A stretch of DNA of 64,000 nt. Source: an uncultured bacterium. GTDB lineage: Bacteria > Patescibacteriota > Minisyncoccia > Phycocordibacterales > GWA1-40-21. The number at the start of each line of letters is the position of its first letter. Positions within the stretch are counted from its first letter, which is position 1. The notes under the pieces are model-generated. The model ran no database searches. It was given only the letters and a program-made list of their open reading frames with translations, and was not told the origin of the DNA. The position numbers and the translations under genes are program-made. Positions 10,030-18,408 of this stretch are shown in pieces. The stretch covers positions 405,015 through 469,014 of the forward strand of contig CAWDSG010000002.1 of assembly GCA_963804975.1 (NCBI GenBank), given 5' to 3'.

Positions 10030-11856
10030 ATGGAAATTCGCAATATAGCAATAATCGCACACGTTGACCACGGTAAAACCACCCTCACAGACGCAATTTT
10101 GAGGCAAACGGGCATGGTGGAAGAAGGCGTGAGTATGGACAGCAATAAACTCGAACAAGAGCGCGGTATTACCATTTATGCCAAGAACACCTCCATTTTT
10201 TACAAGGATACAAAAATAAACATCGTTGATACTCCCGGTCACGCGGATTTCGGCTCAGAAGTTGAACGTGTTCTCCGCTCTATTGATACGGTACTTCTTG
10301 TGGTGGATGCGCAAGAAGGCCCGATGCCGCAAACTAGATTTGTCTTGAAAAAATCTCTTGAGCTCGGACTTAAACCGATTGTCGTTATAAATAAAATTGA
10401 CAAATCTGCCGCAAGACCGGAAGAAGCTCACGAAGAAGTGCTTGAACTTTTTATGGAACTTGGCGCAAATGACGAGCAACTGAACTTCCCTACTATTTAC
10501 GCTATCGGCAAAAAAGGCGTTGCGTGGAAAAACCTGCCTACCGGCCAGGCAGGTCTGAAAGATGAACGAAAAGACCTGCCTACCGGCCAGGCAGGTCTAA
10601 CTCCTCTTTTGGATCTGATTCTTGAAAAAATTCCGTCAGCTTCAACGCAGGAAAATCTCGCCGCTCCTTTTACGGCGCAAATTTTTAATCTCGCTTACGA
10701 TAATTTTCTCGGCAGAATGGGAATCGCCAGAATCTATACCGGAAAAGTAAAAGACGGACAGACAGTTTTTGTCAAAGACACAGACGAAAAAAGCAGACAA
10801 GCAAAAATCACAAAACTTTTCACTTTCAAAGGAATTCAAAGAGATGCCGTGCCGGAAGCCGCTGCCGGAGACATTGTTATGATTGCCGGAATTCCCGACG
10901 CTTACATCGGAGAAACTCTTTGCGAAAACACAGACCAAAAAGCTCTGCCTTCCATAAATATAGATGAGCCGACAATTTCTTTGAGTTTTTTGGTCAATGA
11001 TTCCCCGTTTGCAGGAAGAGAAGGAAAATTTGTTACAGGACGACAGATAAGAGAACGACTTGAAAAAGAATTGGAAGTAAATGTCGGGCTCAAAATAGAT
11101 TTTAATACCGATCCGATCACAGTTTACGGCAGAGGCGAACTTCACATCGCAATCTTGATAGAAAATATGCGCCGAGAAGGTTTTGAGCTTCAGGTTTCCC
11201 AACCGCAAGCAATTATTAAAGAAATTGACGGCGTAAGATCCGAACCGTTTGAAGAAGTCATCGTGGACGTGCCATCGGAATTCCAAGGAACGATCATTGA
11301 AAAACTCGGCAAAAGAAAAGGGATTATGAAAGATATGAAAATCAAAGACAACCAGGTCCGCATGGTCTTTGAAATTCCAACAAGAGGACTTCTTGGATAC
11401 AGAGGGGCTTTTATTATGGATACAAAAGGCCTTGGAATCCTTTCATCGCGATTTATCGGCTTCAAGCCATACACCGGAGAAATTCAGAAGCAAGAATTCG
11501 GCTCAATGACCTCAATGATTTCCGGAAAAGCTATGGCTTACTCGCTTTGGAACTTGCAGGAGCGCGGCGTGCTTTATATTGATCCTGCCATAGATATTTA
11601 TGAAGGAATGGTCATCGGACATGTTTTGAACGGCGAAAATCTTGAGGTAAACCCGATAAAAAATAAAAATCTTACGAACGTCCGCGCCTCGGCAAGCGAT
11701 GAAGCGCTTTATCTTGTTCCGCCATTTCGCCTTGATATTGAAAAAGGTTTGGAGATTATGCAAGACGATGAATATCTGGAAATCACTCCGAAATCCGTTC
11801 GTCTCCGAAAAAAGTTTTTGACTAAAAATGATAGATCAAAAGCCGGAAGAAAATAG
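10030..11856 (+). CDS. typA: Translational GTPase TypA/BipA
   Basis: [44 protein letters not shown]. Confidence 0.97.
   Translation: MEIRNIAIIAHVDHGKTTLTDAILRQTGMVEEGVSMDSNKLEQERGITIYAKNTSIFYKDTKINIVDTPGHADFGSEVERVLRSIDTVLLVVDAQEGPMPQTRFVLKKSLELGLKPIVVINKIDKSAARPEEAHEEVLELFMELGANDEQLNFPTIYAIGKKGVAWKNLPTGQAGLKDERKDLPTGQAGLTPLLDLILEKIPSASTQENLAAPFTAQIFNLAYDNFLGRMGIARIYTGKVKDGQTVFVKDTDEKSRQAKITKLFTFKGIQRDAVPEAAAGDIVMIAGIPDAYIGETLCENTDQKALPSINIDEPTISLSFLVNDSPFAGREGKFVTGRQIRERLEKELEVNVGLKIDFNTDPITVYGRGELHIAILIENMRREGFELQVSQPQAIIKEIDGVRSEPFEEVIVDVPSEFQGTIIEKLGKRKGIMKDMKIKDNQVRMVFEIPTRGLLGYRGAFIMDTKGLGILSSRFIGFKPYTGEIQKQEFGSMTSMISGKAMAYSLWNLQERGVLYIDPAIDIYEGMVIGHVLNGENLEVNPIKNKNLTNVRASASDEALYLVPPFRLDIEKGLEIMQDDEYLEITPKSVRLRKKFLTKNDRSKAGRK
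10532..10554. repeat. In-frame palindromic insert, copy 1 in typA (LPTGQAG)
   Basis: ACCTGCCT-ACCGGCC-AGGCAGGT hairpin. Confidence 0.9.
10574..10596. repeat. In-frame palindromic insert, copy 2 in typA (LPTGQAG)
   Basis: Identical to 10532-10554, 42 bp downstream. Confidence 0.9.
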
Positions 11857-11885
11857 GTTCCGGTTTCTAGGTTTTAGGTTCTAAT

Positions 11886-11921
11886 AAAAAATCATTCTCC
11901 AAACTTGGAGAATGATTTTTT
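11886..11921. terminator. Bidirectional intrinsic terminator (typA / LysE gene)
   Basis: AAAAAATCATTCTCCAA-AC-TTGGAGAATGATTTTTT between convergent genes. Confidence 0.85.
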
Positions 11922-11924
11922 GTT

Positions 11925-12524
11925 TTAAAATACGTTTAATAAAGTTTTTATACCTAGTATCATAAGTACAATGGCAAGAATTTTAAAAGTAATGCTTACC
12001 AGATTTTTCTTTTCTAAAACTGGACGGAATTTAAAGAATACAAAAGCCAGCAATGTAGTTGCTAAGAGCCAAGCAATTTCAAATATAAACAGAAAAATGA
12101 ATTTTCCGCCAATAAGAACGCTGTCCAGTATTAAGGCCTTCGGAATTCCCACGGCTATCCAAAAGATCCAATAACCGCTGTTTAGAGCCGTTAAAATTAT
12201 GATCTGATAAAAAGTGAGAATCTGTTTTGATTCGATATTTATTTTTTCTATTTTCCAAACCTTGGAAGCCAGCCAAAAAAGAACGATTGCCCCGCCAATT
12301 GAAATGATCTGTATGGCAATTTTTGACAGACCGATCTTGTAAACAATATAAATGGCCAAAAAAGCGCCGACAGTTTCGGCAATCAGAGCCAAAAAAACAA
12401 TCCTCATTCCCTTTCGGAAACTGCTATTTAAAATCTCAGCAAACGTTCCTGTAAGAATCGGGCCGGGAGTGGCTCCGCCGATCAATCCCAAAAGAAAAGC
12501 TTCAAATAATGAACCTATGACCAT
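11925..12524 (-). CDS. LysE/RhtB-family exporter
   Basis: Hydrophobic 199 aa with an N-terminal TPGP motif and LN..YWIFW. Confidence 0.8.
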   Translation of the reverse strand: MVIGSLFEAFLLGLIGGATPGPILTGTFAEILNSSFRKGMRIVFLALIAETVGAFLAIYIVYKIGLSKIAIQIISIGGAIVLFWLASKVWKIEKINIESKQILTFYQIIILTALNSGYWIFWIAVGIPKALILDSVLIGGKFIFLFIFEIAWLLATTLLAFVFFKFRPVLEKKNLVSITFKILAIVLMILGIKTLLNVF

Positions 12525-12581
12525 GTTCGTATGATATCAATAATTTAACTAACTTTAAACTCCTTATTTATATTGATAATA

Positions 12582-12613
12582 AAAATCATTCGCCAAGTTT
12601 GGCGAATGATTTT
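12582..12613 (-). terminator. Intrinsic terminator of the HTH gene
   Basis: AAAATCATTCGCCAA-GT-TTGGCGAATGATTTT; near copy of 11886-11921. Confidence 0.8.
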
Positions 12614-12628
12614 GATGAAGCTCAATAT

Positions 12629-12856
12629 TTATTTTCTTGGATAAACCCTTTTAATGGTACGGCCCATAGCTTCAGCTATTGACTTACCGATATACCGTCG
12701 TCCACGAAGAACATCATTTAGATATTGTGGCGAAATATTTAATTCTTGAGCCGCTTTTTTCTGACCTCCTTTTGATTTTACAAACTCATTAATTTCCTCT
12801 AAAAAATCTTCTTCAGAAAGCGGTTCTTTTTGATTGCTTCCTATTTTATCAGTCAT
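12629..12856 (-). CDS. Small Cro/XRE-type helix-turn-helix protein
   Basis: QKKAAQELNISPQYLNDVLRGRR; GGAGG SD and TTGACA-16-TATGCT upstream. Confidence 0.8.
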   Translation of the reverse strand: MTDKIGSNQKEPLSEEDFLEEINEFVKSKGGQKKAAQELNISPQYLNDVLRGRRYIGKSIAEAMGRTIKRVYPRK

Positions 12857-12988
12857 GATGACCTCCAGAAAATGTTGAGAAACTAAGTTGTATCTGTAAA
12901 AAATCTTCCGATTATCAGCATAATGTTATTTAATAATTTGTCAAATCTTATTTGTTTTAAATACTAATTTTGATACAATGTATAAGTT

Positions 12989-14083
12989 ATGCCAGAAAAT
13001 ATTAACAGAAACAAAGTTTCCACTGAACCTTACAAAGGCGTGAGGGATTTTTATCCTGAAGATATGGCCGTTCAAAACTATATTTTTGATGTCTGGAAAA
13101 AAACCGCGGAAAGCTTCGGATATCAGGAATACAACGCTTCGGTGCTAGAACCGGCAAGTTTGTATAAAGCAAAATCCGGCGATGAAATCGTAAACGAGCA
13201 AATGTATGTGTTTACCGATAAAGGCGACAGAGAAGTCGCCCTAAGGCCAGAAATGACGCCAACAGTAGCTAGAATGATAGCAGCTAAAAGAAAGGAGCTT
13301 AAATTCCCTATTCGTTGGTACTCAATACCGAATGCATTCAGATATGAAAAACCGCAGCGAGGCAGAACTAGAGAATTTTTTCAATTCAATGCAGATATTT
13401 TCGGCGTTGAAAATATTCAGGCCGATATAGAAATGATTTCTCTCGCCTACCAGATAATGAAAAACTTCGGATTCAAAGACGATCAATTTGAAATTAAAAT
13501 AAATGTTAGCGCCGGCGCAACGAAAAAAGACGCGGAATTCATGATGAAAGAGCTCGCAAAAATCGGCATCAAAAACACAAGCTTTGACGAAGGAATTGTG
13601 CGAGGAATGGAATATTACACAGGCATTGTTTTTGAAATATACGATACGGGAAAAGAAAATCCTCGAGCAATTTTCGGTGGCGGACGATATGACAATCTCC
13701 TTGATATTTTTGATGCGGAAAAGATCCCCGCTGTCGGTTTCGGCATGGGAGATGTCATTATGCGCGATATGCTTGGAACATACGGCCTATTGCCTAAAAT
13801 TGAGGCCCCTGCAAAGCTTTATGTTTGCGTCTTAAACCAAGATTCTATTGCCTATGCGCAAGATTTGGCACAAAAAACTAGAGATTCCGGTGTAAGCACG
13901 ATAGTGGATTATTCCGGAAAGAAAGTTGGAGAACAAATACAATACGCCGATAAAAACAATATTCCGTATGTTGTTATTATTGGAGAAAATGAAATTAAAA
14001 CCGGCAAATTAAAGGTAAAAGAACTTTCCACAGGAAAAGAAACGGAGGTCACGAAAGATACGATAGCTAATGCAATAAAATAA
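12989..14083 (+). CDS. hisS: Histidine--tRNA ligase (short form)
   Basis: KGVRDF, LRPEMT, FRYEKPQRGRTREFFQ, RGMEYYTG, GGGRYD, C-terminal anticodon-binding domain. Confidence 0.95.
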   Translation: MPENINRNKVSTEPYKGVRDFYPEDMAVQNYIFDVWKKTAESFGYQEYNASVLEPASLYKAKSGDEIVNEQMYVFTDKGDREVALRPEMTPTVARMIAAKRKELKFPIRWYSIPNAFRYEKPQRGRTREFFQFNADIFGVENIQADIEMISLAYQIMKNFGFKDDQFEIKINVSAGATKKDAEFMMKELAKIGIKNTSFDEGIVRGMEYYTGIVFEIYDTGKENPRAIFGGGRYDNLLDIFDAEKIPAVGFGMGDVIMRDMLGTYGLLPKIEAPAKLYVCVLNQDSIAYAQDLAQKTRDSGVSTIVDYSGKKVGEQIQYADKNNIPYVVIIGENEIKTGKLKVKELSTGKETEVTKDTIANAIK

Positions 14084-14084
14084 A

Positions 14085-14690
14085 ATGCGCAAAATAGTTT
14101 TTGATATTGAAACAAGCAATGATTTCTTGTATGTCGGACTAGGCGATCTATCCAAGCTGGATTTGTCCGTTGTCTGCATTTACGATTACGAAACCGGCAA
14201 ATATTCCAGTTTCACGGAGGGTACACTGAAGGACCTCTGGCCGATTTTAGAAAAAGCGGAATTGCTTATCGGCTACAATAGCGATCATTTTGATATTCCA
14301 ATTTTAAATAAATATTATTCCGGAGACCTTTCAAAAATCAAAAGTTTGGATCTGATGAAAGAAATAAAGAAATCCCTGGGCAGAAGAATTAAGCTTGATA
14401 CTATCGCGGAAGCAACGCTTGGCAGGAATAAAACCGGAAGCGGAATAGATGCGATTAATTGGTGGAAGGCCGGAGAAAAGCAAAAAGTCATTGATTATTG
14501 CATTGAGGATGTGAAAATAACAAAAGAAGTTTACGAATACGCTCTGAAAAACGGCTTTCTCAAATACAAAGACGGACTTGGCCGCCTGCCCGGCCAAGGA
14601 TCAGGCAAAGAAATAAAAGAAATCCCGATTGATACTTCAAAATGGCAAGATATTGATAATTCAAAAATGACTTTCACCTTGCCGTTTTAA
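14085..14690 (+). CDS. RNase H-like DEDD 3'-5' exonuclease domain protein
   Basis: VFDIET, GYNSDHFD, YCIED motifs. Confidence 0.85.
   Translation: MRKIVFDIETSNDFLYVGLGDLSKLDLSVVCIYDYETGKYSSFTEGTLKDLWPILEKAELLIGYNSDHFDIPILNKYYSGDLSKIKSLDLMKEIKKSLGRRIKLDTIAEATLGRNKTGSGIDAINWWKAGEKQKVIDYCIEDVKITKEVYEYALKNGFLKYKDGLGRLPGQGSGKEIKEIPIDTSKWQDIDNSKMTFTLPF
14577..14606. repeat. In-frame palindromic insert, apparently two nested 15-mers (LGRLPGQGSG)
   Basis: CTTGGCC[GCCTGCCCGGCCAAG]GATCAGGC. The inner and outer parts each match the 15-bp copies in rsmH/greA/lysS with 1-2 mismatches. Confidence 0.7.
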
Positions 14691-14691
14691 T

Positions 14692-14774
14692 AACTCACAT
14701 TCGGTAAAAATTTTAGCTCAAAAACTCGCTTCGCTCAAACAGTTCTCGCTGAAAATTTTTACCGAATGTGAGTT
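14692..14774. repeat. REP-like element: conserved core in 23-bp perfect inverted arms
   Basis: Arms 14692-14714 and 14752-14774; minus-strand core CGAGAACTGTTTGAGCGAAGCGAGTTTTTGAG. Confidence 0.88.
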
Positions 14775-15763
14775 TACTTCAAATATTTCGCGATGTTCGT
14801 GTCCTGTTCTTCCAATGTCTTTGCATAATGTATATTTCCTTCGCTGTCGCTCAAAAAGTAGAGATACGGCGTTGCGGTCGGCTCTATCGCATCCTCTATC
14901 GCGGAAAGTCCGGGATTTGAAATCGGGGTTGGCGGCAAGCCGGAATGATTGTAAGAATTGTACAGCGAATCGGATTTCAGATCATGCGTTGTTGTGCTGT
15001 AAAGATAGTCAATATACTTAAATGAAGAATCCACCTGAAGAGCCATCCCGAGCTTGATGCGCTTCCATAAAATGCCCGCGATGATTTTTCTCGATTCGTC
15101 GGTGTTGGCCTCATCTTCAAGTATTGAGGCCATTTTGATGACATCGGATTCCGGTTTGCCGAAGGTTTTGATGCCGCTTTCAGCCATTTTTATTTTTTCA
15201 TCGAAATTGCCTTTCATAATTTTAATTATGTCGTTTTCATCCGTATTCGGCAAAAGAAGATAGGTATCCGGAAAAAGATAACCCTCAAGATTCTGGCTTT
15301 TAATCAGATTTAAAAATATCTGCTTATTGAAAGTCGGGATGTATTTCGCGTAAATATCGGCAATCTGATATGAATTAAGGCCTTCCGGAATCGTTATTTT
15401 CAGCGGCTTGACATCGAAATCGCCGTGAGAAATTCTCCATGCGAGCTCAATTGCATTTTGCCGCGCATACAAAGCGTAATCTCCGGCGATCGTTTTCCGT
15501 TCACCGAATGAAAAAAGATATATGAATGTCTTGAACCAAAACGGAGAACGTATCACCCCCATATTAAGCAGATTATAAGCGGTTTTTGCGTACACTTCTC
15601 CTGATTTCAAATCGTATGCCGAACCGGCCGGAAATGCCGCAGGCGCCGACCAAAAAAAAGCGTTGAACGACACGGCAACAACCGCTAAAAAAAGCAAAAA
15701 AAATTGCTTCGTAAAAAATCTTTTGTATGGCTTGAACCATTCAAGTAAGGCCTGGTATCGCAT
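14774..15763 (-). CDS. mltG: Endolytic murein transglycosylase MltG
   Basis: N-terminal TM, TIPEG, LEGYLFPDTY, ASILEDE, LQVD, YNSY..GLPPTPISNPG, YLYF. Confidence 0.93.
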   Translation of the reverse strand: MRYQALLEWFKPYKRFFTKQFFLLFLAVVAVSFNAFFWSAPAAFPAGSAYDLKSGEVYAKTAYNLLNMGVIRSPFWFKTFIYLFSFGERKTIAGDYALYARQNAIELAWRISHGDFDVKPLKITIPEGLNSYQIADIYAKYIPTFNKQIFLNLIKSQNLEGYLFPDTYLLLPNTDENDIIKIMKGNFDEKIKMAESGIKTFGKPESDVIKMASILEDEANTDESRKIIAGILWKRIKLGMALQVDSSFKYIDYLYSTTTHDLKSDSLYNSYNHSGLPPTPISNPGLSAIEDAIEPTATPYLYFLSDSEGNIHYAKTLEEQDTNIAKYLK

Positions 15764-15768
15764 AATAA

Positions 15769-17160
15769 TTATACGGGAAGGTTTGCCGGGGCTTCCGATT
15801 TCTTTGAAGGAACTCTTTTGAGAGTAGGCGTCTGGGAAACAATTCCGCTCGGAAAATGGAATATGGTGGCAAGCTCTTCCGTGTTCATAATAAACGGTTT
15901 TTGGTGATAAAAATGCTTATACGGCCACTGGAAAAATGATCTAAGCTTATAAGCGTGGAAAATACCGCTTTTGTATTCAAGTATTTTGGCTTTGTTTGAT
16001 TTAAAAGAATCAAAAATATCAAAAGAAAAGTGATTTTCAAAAAATGGAAATATCCTTGTAAAATCTTTTCTTGTATCGCCAATATCGGTTAAAAAACTAA
16101 ACATTAAACCATTAAGATTCTTTGAATTATACTGTCGCAAACATCCGATTATGCCGCTTATGCGGACAGAATTAAATGCGTCTTTTTCCGCAATATACAT
16201 GCTTCGTATCATGCAATCAAAAGGCACCTTGCCCGCGCTTCTCTCAAGCGCCGCTATAACTTCCGTCTGGCCTTTTGTCGGATTCGGAAATTTAAAAATC
16301 TTTTCTTCATCTTCGCCTTCTTTCGGTTTTGGAACCGCAGCTTGCCTGACTTTTTCCACTTCAATTTCATGTTCCTCTTTGATATCCCTTGCTCTTCCAA
16401 ACAAAGAAATCCAGAATTTTTGAAAAATATTAGCTTTTTTAATATCTTTTACTTTTATAGCAAGAGTGCCGTGATGCCAAGCTTCTGGTTCATGCTTTTG
16501 CACCAATATCTGGATCCAAACATTTTCGCCTGCTTTTATTGAACCCAAAAATTCCAAAACCGATGTCAATGGATCTATTTTGTATTCTTCTTTTGCATCC
16601 TGATCAAGCCCGTAATCAATGTATGTCTTTATGGGATACGGATCAGGCTGGATGAATTTATACTGGACTCCGTACATAAAATATTTTTCCATATCAAAAT
16701 GCACAGAGGCCGTATAATCGTCTTTTTCGGAAACCTCGTAGATTTCAAGATTTGGATATTGGGCATAAAGCTGCGCCTCAATGACATTTTTATATTTTGC
16801 CTGGCTGCACCATATGAAAAATTTCACTTCCCCGCCGATGGAAACAAGCTCGCACGAAAACCACGGCCTTGTCTTGCCTTCAATGAACGCTTCTCCGTAA
16901 TTTGACGCTCCGGTTTGGGCAAGATGCGAAAAAAATATTTCCATTCCGGCCGGCGACTTCAGAATCTCTTTCGGCAATTTGATTTCAAGAAGGCAGGTCT
17001 TTTGGGCTTCAACAAATTTTAACGTAATCCATCTGTAGCGCAAAATCCAAAACGCGACAATAAGCATCAAAGGCAAAAATATCGGCAGCAAAATTATCAA
17101 CGATTTGATAACCACCGGGAAAAGCCCCTGATTAAATGATTTTATTAATATTTGGATCAC
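15769..17160 (-). CDS. Membrane-anchored hypothetical protein
   Basis: 463-aa ORF with an N-terminal TM, YAQYP, YPIKTY and EELATIFHFP. GTG start 6 nt after TGnTATAAT. Confidence 0.75.
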   Translation of the reverse strand: MIQILIKSFNQGLFPVVIKSLIILLPIFLPLMLIVAFWILRYRWITLKFVEAQKTCLLEIKLPKEILKSPAGMEIFFSHLAQTGASNYGEAFIEGKTRPWFSCELVSIGGEVKFFIWCSQAKYKNVIEAQLYAQYPNLEIYEVSEKDDYTASVHFDMEKYFMYGVQYKFIQPDPYPIKTYIDYGLDQDAKEEYKIDPLTSVLEFLGSIKAGENVWIQILVQKHEPEAWHHGTLAIKVKDIKKANIFQKFWISLFGRARDIKEEHEIEVEKVRQAAVPKPKEGEDEEKIFKFPNPTKGQTEVIAALERSAGKVPFDCMIRSMYIAEKDAFNSVRISGIIGCLRQYNSKNLNGLMFSFLTDIGDTRKDFTRIFPFFENHFSFDIFDSFKSNKAKILEYKSGIFHAYKLRSFFQWPYKHFYHQKPFIMNTEELATIFHFPSGIVSQTPTLKRVPSKKSEAPANLPV

Positions 17161-17192
17161 GAGTTAATTATAACAAAATAAAAAACAAAAAG

Positions 17193-17279
17193 AAAATCCG
17201 TTCATAATAAATTTTATACGAGAAACTGTCCGAGCGAAGCGGGTTTTTCCGAGAAGAAAATTTATTATGAGCGGATTTT
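17193..17279. repeat. REP-like element: conserved core in 23-bp inverted arms
   Basis: Arms 17193-17215 and 17257-17279 (one G.T); core CGAGAAACTGTCCGAGCGAAGCGGGTTTTTCCGAG. Confidence 0.85.
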
Positions 17280-18313
17280 TACTTTACCACTTCATACTTG
17301 CCATCCTTATTTTTTCTGAAATATTTTTTGTTCTGGAGATTGATGACAATAGTGTTTTCCTTGACGTATCTTTCCTTCATTACTTTGTCGATAATGTCTT
17401 TTTTCGTCATCGGACCGTTCTTTTCTATGATTTTTCGTATGACATCTTTCACCACTCCGCTCATATAGCCCCATTCCGAAAGAGCGTACAAACCTCTGCC
17501 GACAAGCACAAATCTAGGATCTTTTATAAGTTCATTATGAGTTGTAGCTATGTGCGCTTTTTTATTAAATACGGCGGTAATTGCTTTTGCAACCTCTCTG
17601 AAATGGATCGGCGAACCATGCTTTCTGATGACCAGATATGCATAATCCCTCACGCCTTTTGTGCTGATATTCGGAGATTTTGTCCGGCCCCATTCGCCAA
17701 GGGGATTTTTTGAGACCTTCTTCGAAATGTTCATCCATCTTTTTGCAATCTCTTCGGTTTTATACTGTTCGGAAATATTTTCTATATAGCTTAAAAATCT
17801 TTTTATCATTTCCGGCTCTGATACAAGCTCGTCGTCTTTTAAGCTTTCATAAAGTTTTTTTAGCGATCCTTCTATTTTTTCTCTGAGATCTTTGTCGATA
17901 AACCATCGATGTTTGAAATCTTCATCTTCTTTCATCCTATTGAACGGATGGCCGATGACAAGCAAAAAATTCATCTGATTTTGCGTACCCTTGTCTTTTG
18001 AGACATGATTGAGCAGATCATGTTCCACGACAATTCCGCCCAAACTGTGAATGAGTTTTTCTATTTCATCAAATGTGGATTTTTCTTCCGTATAGTTTTT
18101 TGATTTTCGTATGACTCCAATAGCATGGTTTTCTATCTGCCTTACCCTTTCTCTCGTAATGCCGTAAGTTTTTCCGATAGCATCTAGCGTCATATGCTCG
18201 GGATTTTTTCCCAAACCGTATCGCTTGGTAATTACGTCTCTTGACCTTTCGTGGAGTGCGAGCAGTAATTTCTTGACCGACTGCTTCGGCTTAAAACTTA
18301 TTGTGTTCTTCAT
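17279..18313 (-). CDS. Sigma-70 region 4 HTH fused to C-terminal winged helices (HARE-HTH/RNAP delta-like)
   Basis: RYGL...TLDAIGKTYGITRERVRQIE at the N-terminus; PIHFREV...HNELIKDPRFVLVGRGLYALSEW at the C-terminus. Confidence 0.8.
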   Translation of the reverse strand: MKNTISFKPKQSVKKLLLALHERSRDVITKRYGLGKNPEHMTLDAIGKTYGITRERVRQIENHAIGVIRKSKNYTEEKSTFDEIEKLIHSLGGIVVEHDLLNHVSKDKGTQNQMNFLLVIGHPFNRMKEDEDFKHRWFIDKDLREKIEGSLKKLYESLKDDELVSEPEMIKRFLSYIENISEQYKTEEIAKRWMNISKKVSKNPLGEWGRTKSPNISTKGVRDYAYLVIRKHGSPIHFREVAKAITAVFNKKAHIATTHNELIKDPRFVLVGRGLYALSEWGYMSGVVKDVIRKIIEKNGPMTKKDIIDKVMKERYVKENTIVINLQNKKYFRKNKDGKYEVVK

Positions 18314-18365
18314 ACTTTAATAATGATTAATAATGCCTAATATTTGATGAACGTCTTGTCAAGGC

Positions 18366-18394
18366 ATATTAGCACCCCCCATAAATAAAGTCAA
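18366..18394 (-). promoter_or_regulatory. Sigma70-type promoter
   Basis: TTGACT-17-TAATAT with extended -10 TG. Confidence 0.65.
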
Positions 18395-18408
18395 CAGCCC
18401 CTTGACCT

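Noticed and set aside
11854-11883. Short TAGGTT-like tandem repeats after typA
   Set aside because: Three or four imperfect units only; too short to interpret.
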